Source: a candidate division WOR-3 bacterium (GTDB taxonomy: Bacteria > Hydrothermota > Tepidihabitantia > SM23-42 > JAOAFX01). From it: DNA of 30,230 nt. Every line of letters starts with the position of its first letter. The stretch's first letter is position 1. Below the pieces are notes generated by a model. The model made no database searches. It saw nothing but the letters and a program-made list of their open reading frames with translations, and was not told the origin of the DNA. Below, in pieces: positions 18,868-26,903 of the stretch. The translations under genes and the position numbers were made by a program. The DNA lies in the NCBI GenBank assembly GCA_965649095.1, contig CBFGJQ010000111.1:1-30230 (forward strand). Direction: 5' to 3'.

Positions 18868-19838
18868 TAATTTTCATTATTTATCTCCTATTTGCCTTTG
18901 ACCATTCGGTTAAGTCGCAGATTGACTTTGTCTACGACTACAACATCTTTGAATACTCAAAAAAGAGTCTTGAGGATTTTATCCAGCAGATTCATCCGGA
19001 GCGATTCCCTTTTGAGACATATGATGATTTTTACATACACTACAATCTCCAATTGCTAATCAGGAATAAATTTTTCAGAAATCATAATACAACCATCAAT
19101 TTCAGTTTTTCCGGTTATAACTATATTGTCAACGAGCAAAAGGACTATACAATCTTTACCACCGGATTAAGGCAGTCCTTTGGGGGGTGGTCGGTCAAGT
19201 TTGAATATCTATTTCGGCCACACTATTTAATCAGATATTACCGAGCGCCACAAAATTCCCGTTACATTGGCTGTAAATTCAGTGAGCAGTTCGGTTCACT
19301 TAAATTGTCCTTCATCCCTGCTAAAAGGTTTGATTTAAGTTTTATCGTCGGTTATGAGATTGATGATTATATTAAGGAGTTTGATGTCTATGATGCAAGG
19401 GCATTGAGGGTGGGCTTTAGTCTTGAATTTGGTCTAAATAGATTTTTCAAGCCGGAAATAGATTATGAATTCAAGTCATCAGCGGCAAGGGGTCCCGTTC
19501 CTGATATCTCTTATAGCCAGCATAAATTATGGATAAAAACAGAGTTATGCACAGGTCTTCCCGGGTTTTCAAAATGGAAATTTGGTTATCAAATGAGTCA
19601 TCGCATCTATACGACTGAGGTCTCGCCGATTCTTGATTCACCACATAGTGGAAGATTGGATATCGTTAATAACTTCAGAATTGCCTGGGAATTTCCGGTT
19701 TTCAGTGGACTATATCTATCACTGGGCTATTCATACGAATTTCGCCGTTCTCACTCCGATGTGTATCCTGATATTGGTGATTATAAGAACTACGATAAAT
19801 GGATGGTTGGTTGTGGTCTGGAGTTTGTTTATTATTGA
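18864..19838 (+). CDS. Putative outer-membrane beta-barrel protein
   Basis: Signal peptide; many alternating aromatic/hydrophobic strands (GWSVKFEYLF, FDLSFIVGYEID, GLYLSLGYSYEF); aromatic C-terminus GCGLEFVYY; ATGA overlap with the previous gene. Confidence 0.7.
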   Translation: MIIFIIYLLFAFDHSVKSQIDFVYDYNIFEYSKKSLEDFIQQIHPERFPFETYDDFYIHYNLQLLIRNKFFRNHNTTINFSFSGYNYIVNEQKDYTIFTTGLRQSFGGWSVKFEYLFRPHYLIRYYRAPQNSRYIGCKFSEQFGSLKLSFIPAKRFDLSFIVGYEIDDYIKEFDVYDARALRVGFSLEFGLNRFFKPEIDYEFKSSAARGPVPDISYSQHKLWIKTELCTGLPGFSKWKFGYQMSHRIYTTEVSPILDSPHSGRLDIVNNFRIAWEFPVFSGLYLSLGYSYEFRRSHSDVYPDIGDYKNYDKWMVGCGLEFVYY

Positions 19839-19886
19839 TTCATTTGCCTCGCTCAGAATGTCCGATCGCATCTTTAGTTTATAGCC

Positions 19887-19919
19887 AGGGAATAGGAATT
19901 TCAAAAATTCCTATTCCCT
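19887..19919 (+). terminator. Perfect 15-bp hairpin, possible terminator or RNA-processing site after the cap operon
   Basis: AGGGAATAGGAATTT-CAA-AAATTCCTATTCCCT, followed only by CTTTG (weak U-tract) and the SD AAGGAG at 19928-19933. Confidence 0.45.
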
Positions 19920-19938
19920 CTTTGAATAAGGAGAAAAA

Positions 19939-20898
19939 ATGTCCAGAAATTTCGTTTTGATTATTGTGCTACTAATAATGGGTTGCCATCGGCCCCGGGT
20001 TGAGACTCATAAATTTGTCATTGTCAGCGAATGTAAACTCCCTGGTTATGCCAAGGATATAGATATAAAGGGGAATTATGCCTATATCGCCAATGACCAG
20101 GGTGGCCTGCAGATTGTTGATGTCTCAAATCCAGAGTCTACATTTATCGTGGGTAGTTATATCAGTCAAAAGAACTATCAAGGAGTTGCGGTCAGGGATA
20201 GTTTTGCCTATGTGGCAGTTGCCGCCTCGGATGGGGGAATAGCAATCTTTAATGTGCAGAATCCGGACTCAATTGTGCTTGTGGGGCAAGACCCTTCCTT
20301 TTATGCCTATCGGATTGCTGCCCCAAAGAATGATACACAATTTGTCTATGTTGCCGCCCGTTACTGGTTGATTGTTGAGGATGTCTCCTGGCCACAGTAT
20401 CCAAGTTTCATCCGCCGGTTTGCCACACCCGGCAATGTCCACAGCCTATCTGTTATTGATTCTATCGTCTATCTTGCCTGTGAGCAGATGGGCTTGCTCA
20501 TCTATAATCTAAACCATCCGGATAGCACGGCAAGGGTTGGGGCGATAGATACGCCATCAAATGCCCGTGATATATTCGTATGCGAGAACAGGGCATATAT
20601 TGCGGATGGCTATGGTGGTCTTGTAATAATTGATATCTCAGATCCTGGTAATCCCGAAATCTTAAGTTCCTATGATACACCGGGTTATGCCCAGGGTATC
20701 TTTGTAAAAGATAATCTTGCCTATCTAGCCGATGGTAGCGAGGGATTAAAGATTTTTGATGTTTCAGATTCTCAAAATCCACAAATTTATGGTGAGTTGA
20801 AGACGCCATATGCCTATAATCTCTATGTAAGAGACAATTTGGTCTATCTTGTTGACAGAGACCTCGGATTGGTTATAATAAAGGAGGAGAATAGATGA
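19939..20898 (+). CDS. LVIVD-repeat beta-propeller lipoprotein
   Basis: Lipobox LIMG-C; at least six repeats of the type YAYIANDQGGLQIVDVSNP / RAYIADGYGGLVIIDISDP / LAYLADGSEGLKIFDVSD. Confidence 0.88.
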   Translation: MSRNFVLIIVLLIMGCHRPRVETHKFVIVSECKLPGYAKDIDIKGNYAYIANDQGGLQIVDVSNPESTFIVGSYISQKNYQGVAVRDSFAYVAVAASDGGIAIFNVQNPDSIVLVGQDPSFYAYRIAAPKNDTQFVYVAARYWLIVEDVSWPQYPSFIRRFATPGNVHSLSVIDSIVYLACEQMGLLIYNLNHPDSTARVGAIDTPSNARDIFVCENRAYIADGYGGLVIIDISDPGNPEILSSYDTPGYAQGIFVKDNLAYLADGSEGLKIFDVSDSQNPQIYGELKTPYAYNLYVRDNLVYLVDRDLGLVIIKEENR

Positions 20899-23800
20899 TT
20901 CTCTTCTGTCTCTATTTTGCCTTTCTGGCGGGTAATCCTCTTATTAAAGTAATAGAAAAAGGTAACAGGAGAATTGTGCTAAATGTCTCTTTCGGTGAAG
21001 AGAAAAAAGAGCCGATAAATATCGGTTTTATCCTCTCGCCCGTTATTCCCTCTTTTGACTATCGGTTAATCAATTCTGATACCTCCGAAATAAAAGAGAC
21101 AGCTGTCAATAATAATCCGGTAGAAATAGGATGCCCAATTAACCTGATGGGATATAATCTATTCCCTGTGCTTGTTCATTCAAATTTCACTCAAAACAAT
21201 AGGAAGATAAATGTGCGCAAAATGGACTTAAGACTTAATTTTGAGAGCTACCAAGATATAAACCTGCCACAGAGCCTGGGACAGGTATTTAAAAATTTAA
21301 TCCTAAATTATGAGGATAACCCCCAGACAAAGCCAAAGGGACTTTTGATTATTACACCAAATTCTTTTTATAATGCGGTCTTGCCACTCGCGGACTGGAA
21401 GGAAAAGAAAGGCTACCGGGTTACGATTGCCCGACTCGCAGAGACAGGGAATACCCCATCGGCAATAAAGAATTATATTGCCAATGCCTACCATAACTGG
21501 AATCCACCATTGGAGTATGTGATACTCATCGGTGATAAGGATTCCTTGCCCGCATACTCCTATGCGGCCCCGGTGGGTGCTACAGACTATCCGTATACCC
21601 TGATTGATGGCGATGATTTCCTTGCCGAATTGCTGATTGGACGAATATCTGTAGCAACTATAAGTGAACTGGATAAGGTCGTGGCAAAGATTCTTGGCTA
21701 CGAAAGGAATCCTTATACTGGTGAAACCCAGTGGTATGAAAGGGCTTTAGTGGTCGGCGCAAATATGCCGGTCGGTATGACCACACCCATACCAGTAAAG
21801 AGATGGGTCAGAGAAAAATTGATTGAATATGGTATCAATACGGTTGATACAGTCTTCTACCCGATGGCACCATCCAATATTACAAATTCAATAAATCAGG
21901 GCGTTCTGTTTGTAAATTATCGCTCAGGAGAAGGAGACCCCGATGGCTGGCCATTTCCGCTTTTTAAAAATACTGAGGTATATGCATTGAATAACGGCTG
22001 GAAACTACCAATAGTTACGAGTATTACCTGCTATACTGGCAATTTCCAGGCTGAGCCCTGCTTTGGCGAGGCCTGGTTAAGGGCTGGCGCTAATCCCTCA
22101 AACCCCAAGGGGGCGGTAGGATTTATCGGTGCTTCCGCGGCTTCAACCAGCAGTCGCTGGAATAACTGTTTAGATTATGGAATCTACTGGGGAATATTAA
22201 AAGAAGAGATATACAATTTAGGTCCGGCCCTCTATCGGGGTAAGCTGGAAGTCTATATGAACTTTCCTGCTGAGACAACCTGGAATAGTGGAAGTTCCTT
22301 TTACTTCCATACCTATAATCTGCTTGGCGACCCTTCTCTTGAAATCTGGACCGATGTGCCTCAGAATTTTGTCGTTAATCACCAGATGACGATACCGGTG
22401 GGAACGAATTCTTTCTCAGTCCAGGTTTTGAATTCATCATCCCAGCCGGTAAAAGGGGCGATGGTAAGTCTTTATAAGAAGAACGAAACAAAAGAGATTG
22501 ACTTTACGGATGCCGGTGGTCTTGCCAGATTTCAAATTACTACCAGCACACCTGATACACTCTTTGTTACAGTCACAAAGCATAACTTCAAACCCTATTG
22601 TGGCTATGCCCTCGTAAACAATTCCGGAGTCTATGTTGGATACTACAGTCATACAATCTCTGACCCCGGTGGTAATAATAATGGTGAGATAAACCCGGGG
22701 GAGACAATCAACCTTTCAATTACCTTAAAGAATTTTGGTAATTCAATGACCGCCAGCAATGTCTCGGCAAAACTCTCTACAACTGACCCTTTAATTACAA
22801 TCACCGATTCAATAAAAAATTATGGGAGTATCAACCCGGGGGCAACGGTCGGTTCTTCACCGTTCATCTTTAATGTTTCTCAGAATATTAAAAATAACCA
22901 TCCAATTAAATTTAATCTGACAATTAACTCTTCTCAAGGGAACTGGAGCTCAGTCCTCTGGCTTATTGCAAAGGCAGCCGAATTTGAATATCAGAGGCAG
23001 CAGGTCCTTGATGGCGGAAATGGCGTCCTTGAGCCCGGGGAGACATCGGATTTGACTATCTTTATAAAAAATATCGGTGGGCTTATGGGAACGAATATAA
23101 GCGGTATATTGAGGTCACTCAATCCGGGGATCTCAGTTATTGATTCACTTGGCTCCTTTGGCAATATTCCGCTCGGTGATTCGGCAACAAACTCCAGTAA
23201 CCATTTTCGGATAGGTGCCTCATCACAACTTGCCCCAGGGCATGAAATAAAATTTATTACGATGCTCTCCGGGGATAACAATTTTAAAGATACGGTTGAA
23301 TTCTCTATAATCATCGGTGTAGTTAATGCAAATACACCCACCGGACCTGATGGCTATGGCTATTATGCTTATGACAACACCGATGCCGGTTATCCTGAGG
23401 CACCAACCTATAACTGGATTGAGATTGACCCGGAACTTGGCGGGGCGGGAACGATTCTGAATCTGTTGAATGACGAAACAAAGACAATAAATCTACCCTT
23501 CAATTTCAAATTCTATGGCATAGACTACAACAAGATTTCCATCTCTTCAAATGGCTATGTGGCAATGGATTCAACCTGGATTGCGGATATGTATAACTGG
23601 CGAATTCCTGCAGCAGGCGGTCCGCCCTTACTCATTGCACCATTCTGGGATGATTTGGACCCTAATGCTACAGATTCAAGTGGCAATGTCTGCTACCATT
23701 ACGATGGAACAAATCACCGTTTTCTTGTGGAATGGTCAAGGATTCAACACCTCCATAACCCAATCTATCCAACCCCGGCTGAGCTCCAGACTTTTGAGGT

Positions 23801-24422
23801 AATACTCCTTGACCCAATTTATTATCCGACCCAGACCGGTGATGGGGAAATCCTATTTCAATATAAAAAGATAACCAATGATGACACCTGGCATAACTAT
23901 GCCACAGTTGGTATTGAAGACAAAAATCACATAAATGGGCTTGAATATACCTATGCAAATATCTATCCCCCCTCGGCGGCAATTCTGGCTAATAATCGGG
24001 CGATTAAATTCACAACTGACCAGCCCGACCCATTTCCGGGGGTTGGAGAGAGCAATCTACGACCTACGATTTACGACCGGCGCTTATCGGTCTATCCAAA
24101 TCCATTCCGTGATTACACGGTAATCAAGTATGCACTAAGCCCTATGCACTATGCAACAAATAACAAGGTGCCCAGTGCCTCCTCCCTAGTGCCTATTATT
24201 CGTATTTACGATGTAACAGGTAGACTTGTTAAGGATTTTTCACGACTTACGATTTACGATCTACACCCTACGCAAATTCTCTGGTTTGGCGATGATAACT
24301 CGGGGTGCAAGTTGCCGGCGGGTATTTATTTTATTGAGGTGAAATACAGTAATAATTGGGACGGTGCGATTCATCACACAAATAATATAAGTGAGGTTCA
24401 AAAAATAATTCTGCGGAGATGA
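20895..24422 (+). CDS. Secreted C25 family protein with short N-terminal prodomain, Ig modules, NIDO-like domain and CTD
   Basis: LLIITP, YVILIGD, LLIGRIS, NYRSGEG in place of xxGHG, SITC (C379), YNLLGDPSL; GNNNGEINPGET and GGNGVLEPGET modules; GPDGYGYYAYDNTD...APFWDDL; CTD VYPNPF...IYDVTGRLV...AGIYFI. SD AGGAGG, ATGA overlap. Confidence 0.85.
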   Translation: MILFCLYFAFLAGNPLIKVIEKGNRRIVLNVSFGEEKKEPINIGFILSPVIPSFDYRLINSDTSEIKETAVNNNPVEIGCPINLMGYNLFPVLVHSNFTQNNRKINVRKMDLRLNFESYQDINLPQSLGQVFKNLILNYEDNPQTKPKGLLIITPNSFYNAVLPLADWKEKKGYRVTIARLAETGNTPSAIKNYIANAYHNWNPPLEYVILIGDKDSLPAYSYAAPVGATDYPYTLIDGDDFLAELLIGRISVATISELDKVVAKILGYERNPYTGETQWYERALVVGANMPVGMTTPIPVKRWVREKLIEYGINTVDTVFYPMAPSNITNSINQGVLFVNYRSGEGDPDGWPFPLFKNTEVYALNNGWKLPIVTSITCYTGNFQAEPCFGEAWLRAGANPSNPKGAVGFIGASAASTSSRWNNCLDYGIYWGILKEEIYNLGPALYRGKLEVYMNFPAETTWNSGSSFYFHTYNLLGDPSLEIWTDVPQNFVVNHQMTIPVGTNSFSVQVLNSSSQPVKGAMVSLYKKNETKEIDFTDAGGLARFQITTSTPDTLFVTVTKHNFKPYCGYALVNNSGVYVGYYSHTISDPGGNNNGEINPGETINLSITLKNFGNSMTASNVSAKLSTTDPLITITDSIKNYGSINPGATVGSSPFIFNVSQNIKNNHPIKFNLTINSSQGNWSSVLWLIAKAAEFEYQRQQVLDGGNGVLEPGETSDLTIFIKNIGGLMGTNISGILRSLNPGISVIDSLGSFGNIPLGDSATNSSNHFRIGASSQLAPGHEIKFITMLSGDNNFKDTVEFSIIIGVVNANTPTGPDGYGYYAYDNTDAGYPEAPTYNWIEIDPELGGAGTILNLLNDETKTINLPFNFKFYGIDYNKISISSNGYVAMDSTWIADMYNWRIPAAGGPPLLIAPFWDDLDPNATDSSGNVCYHYDGTNHRFLVEWSRIQHLHNPIYPTPAELQTFEVILLDPIYYPTQTGDGEILFQYKKITNDDTWHNYATVGIEDKNHINGLEYTYANIYPPSAAILANNRAIKFTTDQPDPFPGVGESNLRPTIYDRRLSVYPNPFRDYTVIKYALSPMHYATNNKVPSASSLVPIIRIYDVTGRLVKDFSRLTIYDLHPTQILWFGDDNSGCKLPAGIYFIEVKYSNNWDGAIHHTNNISEVQKIILRR
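24056..24273 (+). repeat. In-frame 7-bp tandem repeat tracts in CTD 2
   Basis: (T/C)NTACGA x3 (24056-24076), GCACTAT-type (24132-24152), GCCTAGT-type x4 (24170-24197), TTTACGA-type x5 (24239-24273). Confidence 0.85.
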
Positions 24423-24471
24423 TACTGAAGAATACCTCAAAGGTTCAGAAGCAACAAATAAAGGGGAGAAT

Positions 24472-25752
24472 ATGAAAGGAAAATGCCTTTTATTTCTATG
24501 TGTGGGTGGGCTTTATGCCTTCCAGAATTTCCACGGTTGTTATCTGGCACCGGATAACCTGACCGGATGGGTCGTTACCCTTGACTCAATAATAGTCTTA
24601 AAGACAACCAATGGCGGGGCGTATTGGTATCAACAGAGTAATTATGTGGCAACGAGAAGATTTTTTGATATTACCGGCCGGGGTAATCTCAAGGCCTGGA
24701 CCTGTGGATTCCTGGGCGAAATTACCCATACCAGTGATGGCGGCCAATCCTGGATTTCCCAGGGACAACTGACGGCAAAGTATGCAACCAGAATTGAATT
24801 CATTGACGATACGCTGGGTTGGGCTGTCTGTGGTGATGGCCTTGTGGGAAGAACTACTGATGGTGGTGCATCCTGGGAGTCAAATTTTACATCACCTTTC
24901 TGTGCTGAGCTATATGGGGTGTCCTTCATTGATGACCAGAATGGCTGGGCTGTGGCAGGCTGGCCTGACTCAATCACTACCGGTCAGGGTTATGTGCTAT
25001 GTTCAACTGATGGCGGGATACACTGGGGGGCATCCCTTTTTCACTCCGGCTATGAAGATTACTTTGATGTTCACTTCTTTAATTATAACGAAGGGATTGT
25101 AGTGGGGGGTAATGAATTGACATTGACCCCAATAATCTTAAAGACCACAAACGGCGGGGTTACCTGGTTTGAAATTCCCATTCCCGATACCAGTGTTTAC
25201 TATTTAAGGGCAGTTGATTTTGTTGATAGCCTGGGCTGGGCTGTGGGCAAGTTCGGCACAATAATCCATACAATAGACTATGGTAATACCTGGGAATTCC
25301 AGCCTAATCCAGCAACTACCACCCTCTTTGATGTTGACTTTTCCGATTATCTTCATGGCATTGCCTGTGGATATGGAATTATTCTCTATACTACTGATGG
25401 TGGCCAGAACTGGAATATCGGAGAGATAGAAGGGGTTGAGGAATCCCCAATCCCCAATGTCCAATGTCCAATGCCCAATCTGCAGGTCTATCCGAATCCA
25501 TTTCGGAATCACCTTGTGATTGAGTACGCACTAAGCACTATGGACTATGCACCAGATAACAAAGTCCCTACTATTCGCATCTATGATGCGGCGGGTAGGT
25601 TGGTCAAATCATTTTCTCCCCACTCGCTACTTTCTACTGTCGTATGGGATGGAAGAGATGACCTTGGTCGCAAAGTGCCCGTGGGTGTCTATTTTGTAGA
25701 ATTAAAGACCAAAGATTTCAAGAAGGTAGAGAAGACGGCGCTATTAAAATAG
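24472..25752 (+). CDS. YCF48/BNR (Asp-box) beta-propeller secreted protein with CTD
   Basis: Seven T.DGG..W boxes (KTTNGGAYW, HTSDGGQSW, RTTDGGASW, CSTDGGIHW, KTTNGGVTW, HTIDYGNTW, YTTDGGQNW); CTD VYPNPF...IYDAAGRLV...WDGRDDLG...GVYFV; SD AAGGGGAG. Confidence 0.85.
   Translation: MKGKCLLFLCVGGLYAFQNFHGCYLAPDNLTGWVVTLDSIIVLKTTNGGAYWYQQSNYVATRRFFDITGRGNLKAWTCGFLGEITHTSDGGQSWISQGQLTAKYATRIEFIDDTLGWAVCGDGLVGRTTDGGASWESNFTSPFCAELYGVSFIDDQNGWAVAGWPDSITTGQGYVLCSTDGGIHWGASLFHSGYEDYFDVHFFNYNEGIVVGGNELTLTPIILKTTNGGVTWFEIPIPDTSVYYLRAVDFVDSLGWAVGKFGTIIHTIDYGNTWEFQPNPATTTLFDVDFSDYLHGIACGYGIILYTTDGGQNWNIGEIEGVEESPIPNVQCPMPNLQVYPNPFRNHLVIEYALSTMDYAPDNKVPTIRIYDAAGRLVKSFSPHSLLSTVVWDGRDDLGRKVPVGVYFVELKTKDFKKVEKTALLK
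25445..25555 (+). repeat. In-frame 7-bp tandem repeat tracts in CTD 3
   Basis: CCCCAAT,CCCCAAT,GTCCAAT,GTCCAAT,GCCCAAT (25445-25479); GCACTAA,GCACTAT,GGACTAT,GCACCAG (25528-25555). Confidence 0.85.
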
Positions 25753-25797
25753 GGATGAAGCGGTTAAATTAGATGCGGCTTAGTTTAATGTAATCTC

Positions 25798-26253
25798 TTA
25801 ATACAACCGCCCTTGGTTTTTTATGATTTTTACTATAAACCTGCAGAATCTCTCAAGGTCACCCAAATAGTTCTGGATAATCTGGTAAAGTTCTTCTTTG
25901 GTTATTTCATGATAAAAATGAACTAACCTAATTCTAGACCCGGCCATTTTTAATAATGTATCTTCGGCAAATTCTTTGGGAACGATTTTGTATTTACCTA
26001 ACAGCTGCGCAATTTCTTTATATGTTGATGGTCTCTCTTTTGGTGGAAGCGAAAGGCGCGAGAGGAGATGATTGCCAATATCAAAAATTGCCTCAAGTGC
26101 CCGACGCAAATAATGCTCAGCAATAGCAAAATTTTCACCTTCAAGAAATTGATTTAGGGAAAATTCTTTAAAACTGTATAATTTCTTAAGATCGGCATTT
26201 ATCTCAGCGAGTCTATTTTCAAGCAATTCTCTATTAAGAGGAATTTTTTTCAC
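25798..26253 (-). CDS. hepT: HEPN/DUF86 ribonuclease toxin (HepT-like)
   Basis: EHYLRRALEAIFDIGNH, RIRLVHFY (Rx4HxY); GTG start overlapping the antitoxin stop. Confidence 0.85.
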   Translation of the reverse strand: MKKIPLNRELLENRLAEINADLKKLYSFKEFSLNQFLEGENFAIAEHYLRRALEAIFDIGNHLLSRLSLPPKERPSTYKEIAQLLGKYKIVPKEFAEDTLLKMAGSRIRLVHFYHEITKEELYQIIQNYLGDLERFCRFIVKIIKNQGRLY

Positions 26254-26651
26254 GAAAATGCTTCTGTTGTTATTTTTTTATACTCATTCATTAGCGGTGC
26301 GAAAAATAAGTAATCTCTAATCGTAATCTCTTCGTAGTCCATACGAAACTTTGGTTCGATTTCAAATAAAACCCTACCAGACTTAATCACTTCAAATTGA
26401 AAATCAAGCGGAGTAAATTGGAGGAGAGAAATGTCAATATTCTCTTTCGGAAATTCTTGTGCGAAGATATGATAAAGGCGAAAGTAAAGACTTAAACTAT
26501 CCTTTCTTTCAGGTTTATAAGTGAAGACCAAACCGATGTCAAAGTCGTTTTTCCGTTGTTTGCCACCCATAATCTGGGAACCAAATAGATAAACTATTCC
26601 TACCTTCATCGAGCTCAGTTTTTTCTTTAATTTTGAAGAAAGATTTATCAT
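26250..26651 (-). CDS. mntA: Minimal nucleotidyltransferase antitoxin (MntA-like)
   Basis: YLFGS-x10-DFD (GSx10DxD), IDISLL, EVIKSGRVLF; upstream of and coupled to the HEPN gene. Confidence 0.85.
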   Translation of the reverse strand: MINLSSKLKKKLSSMKVGIVYLFGSQIMGGKQRKNDFDIGLVFTYKPERKDSLSLYFRLYHIFAQEFPKENIDISLLQFTPLDFQFEVIKSGRVLFEIEPKFRMDYEEITIRDYLFFAPLMNEYKKITTEAFS

Positions 26652-26660
26652 AATTGTTAA

Positions 26661-26688
26661 ATTATACTCGCTTCTTTTAAAAAATCAA
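26661..26688 (-). promoter_or_regulatory. Sigma70 promoter of the TA pair (TTGATT-16-TATAAT), ATG 9 nt downstream
   Basis: Minus -35 at 26688-26683, -10 at 26666-26661; no SD before ATG 26651. Confidence 0.6.
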
Positions 26689-26716
26689 GATGACAGTTTA
26701 AATCAAAAATAATCTT

Positions 26717-26796
26717 ATTCGCCACCCTCTATGGCGAATTATTTGAGGTAATGGGAATTTCAAAAGCACATCCCTGAAATGAATTCAGGGCAGGCT
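26717..26796. repeat. Two short palindromes (REP-like) in the mntA/exeA intergenic region
   Basis: ATTCGCCA-7-TGGCGAAT (26717-26739) and CCCTGAA-5-TTCAGGG followed by CAGGCT (26772-26796). Confidence 0.4.
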
Positions 26797-26903
26797 CTTT
26801 ATTCTCCCCTATTTTAAGAACTTCTTTTCACCTCCTATAATCCAATACCACACCTTTGTCCTGTGGAATGGAAATAGTCATAGGTACTCCTTTCGCCGTA
26901 TAG

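Noticed and set aside
14884-25555. CRISPR interpretation of the repeats
   Set aside because: Units are 7 bp, contiguous, without spacers, inside coding sequence; no cas genes in the window.
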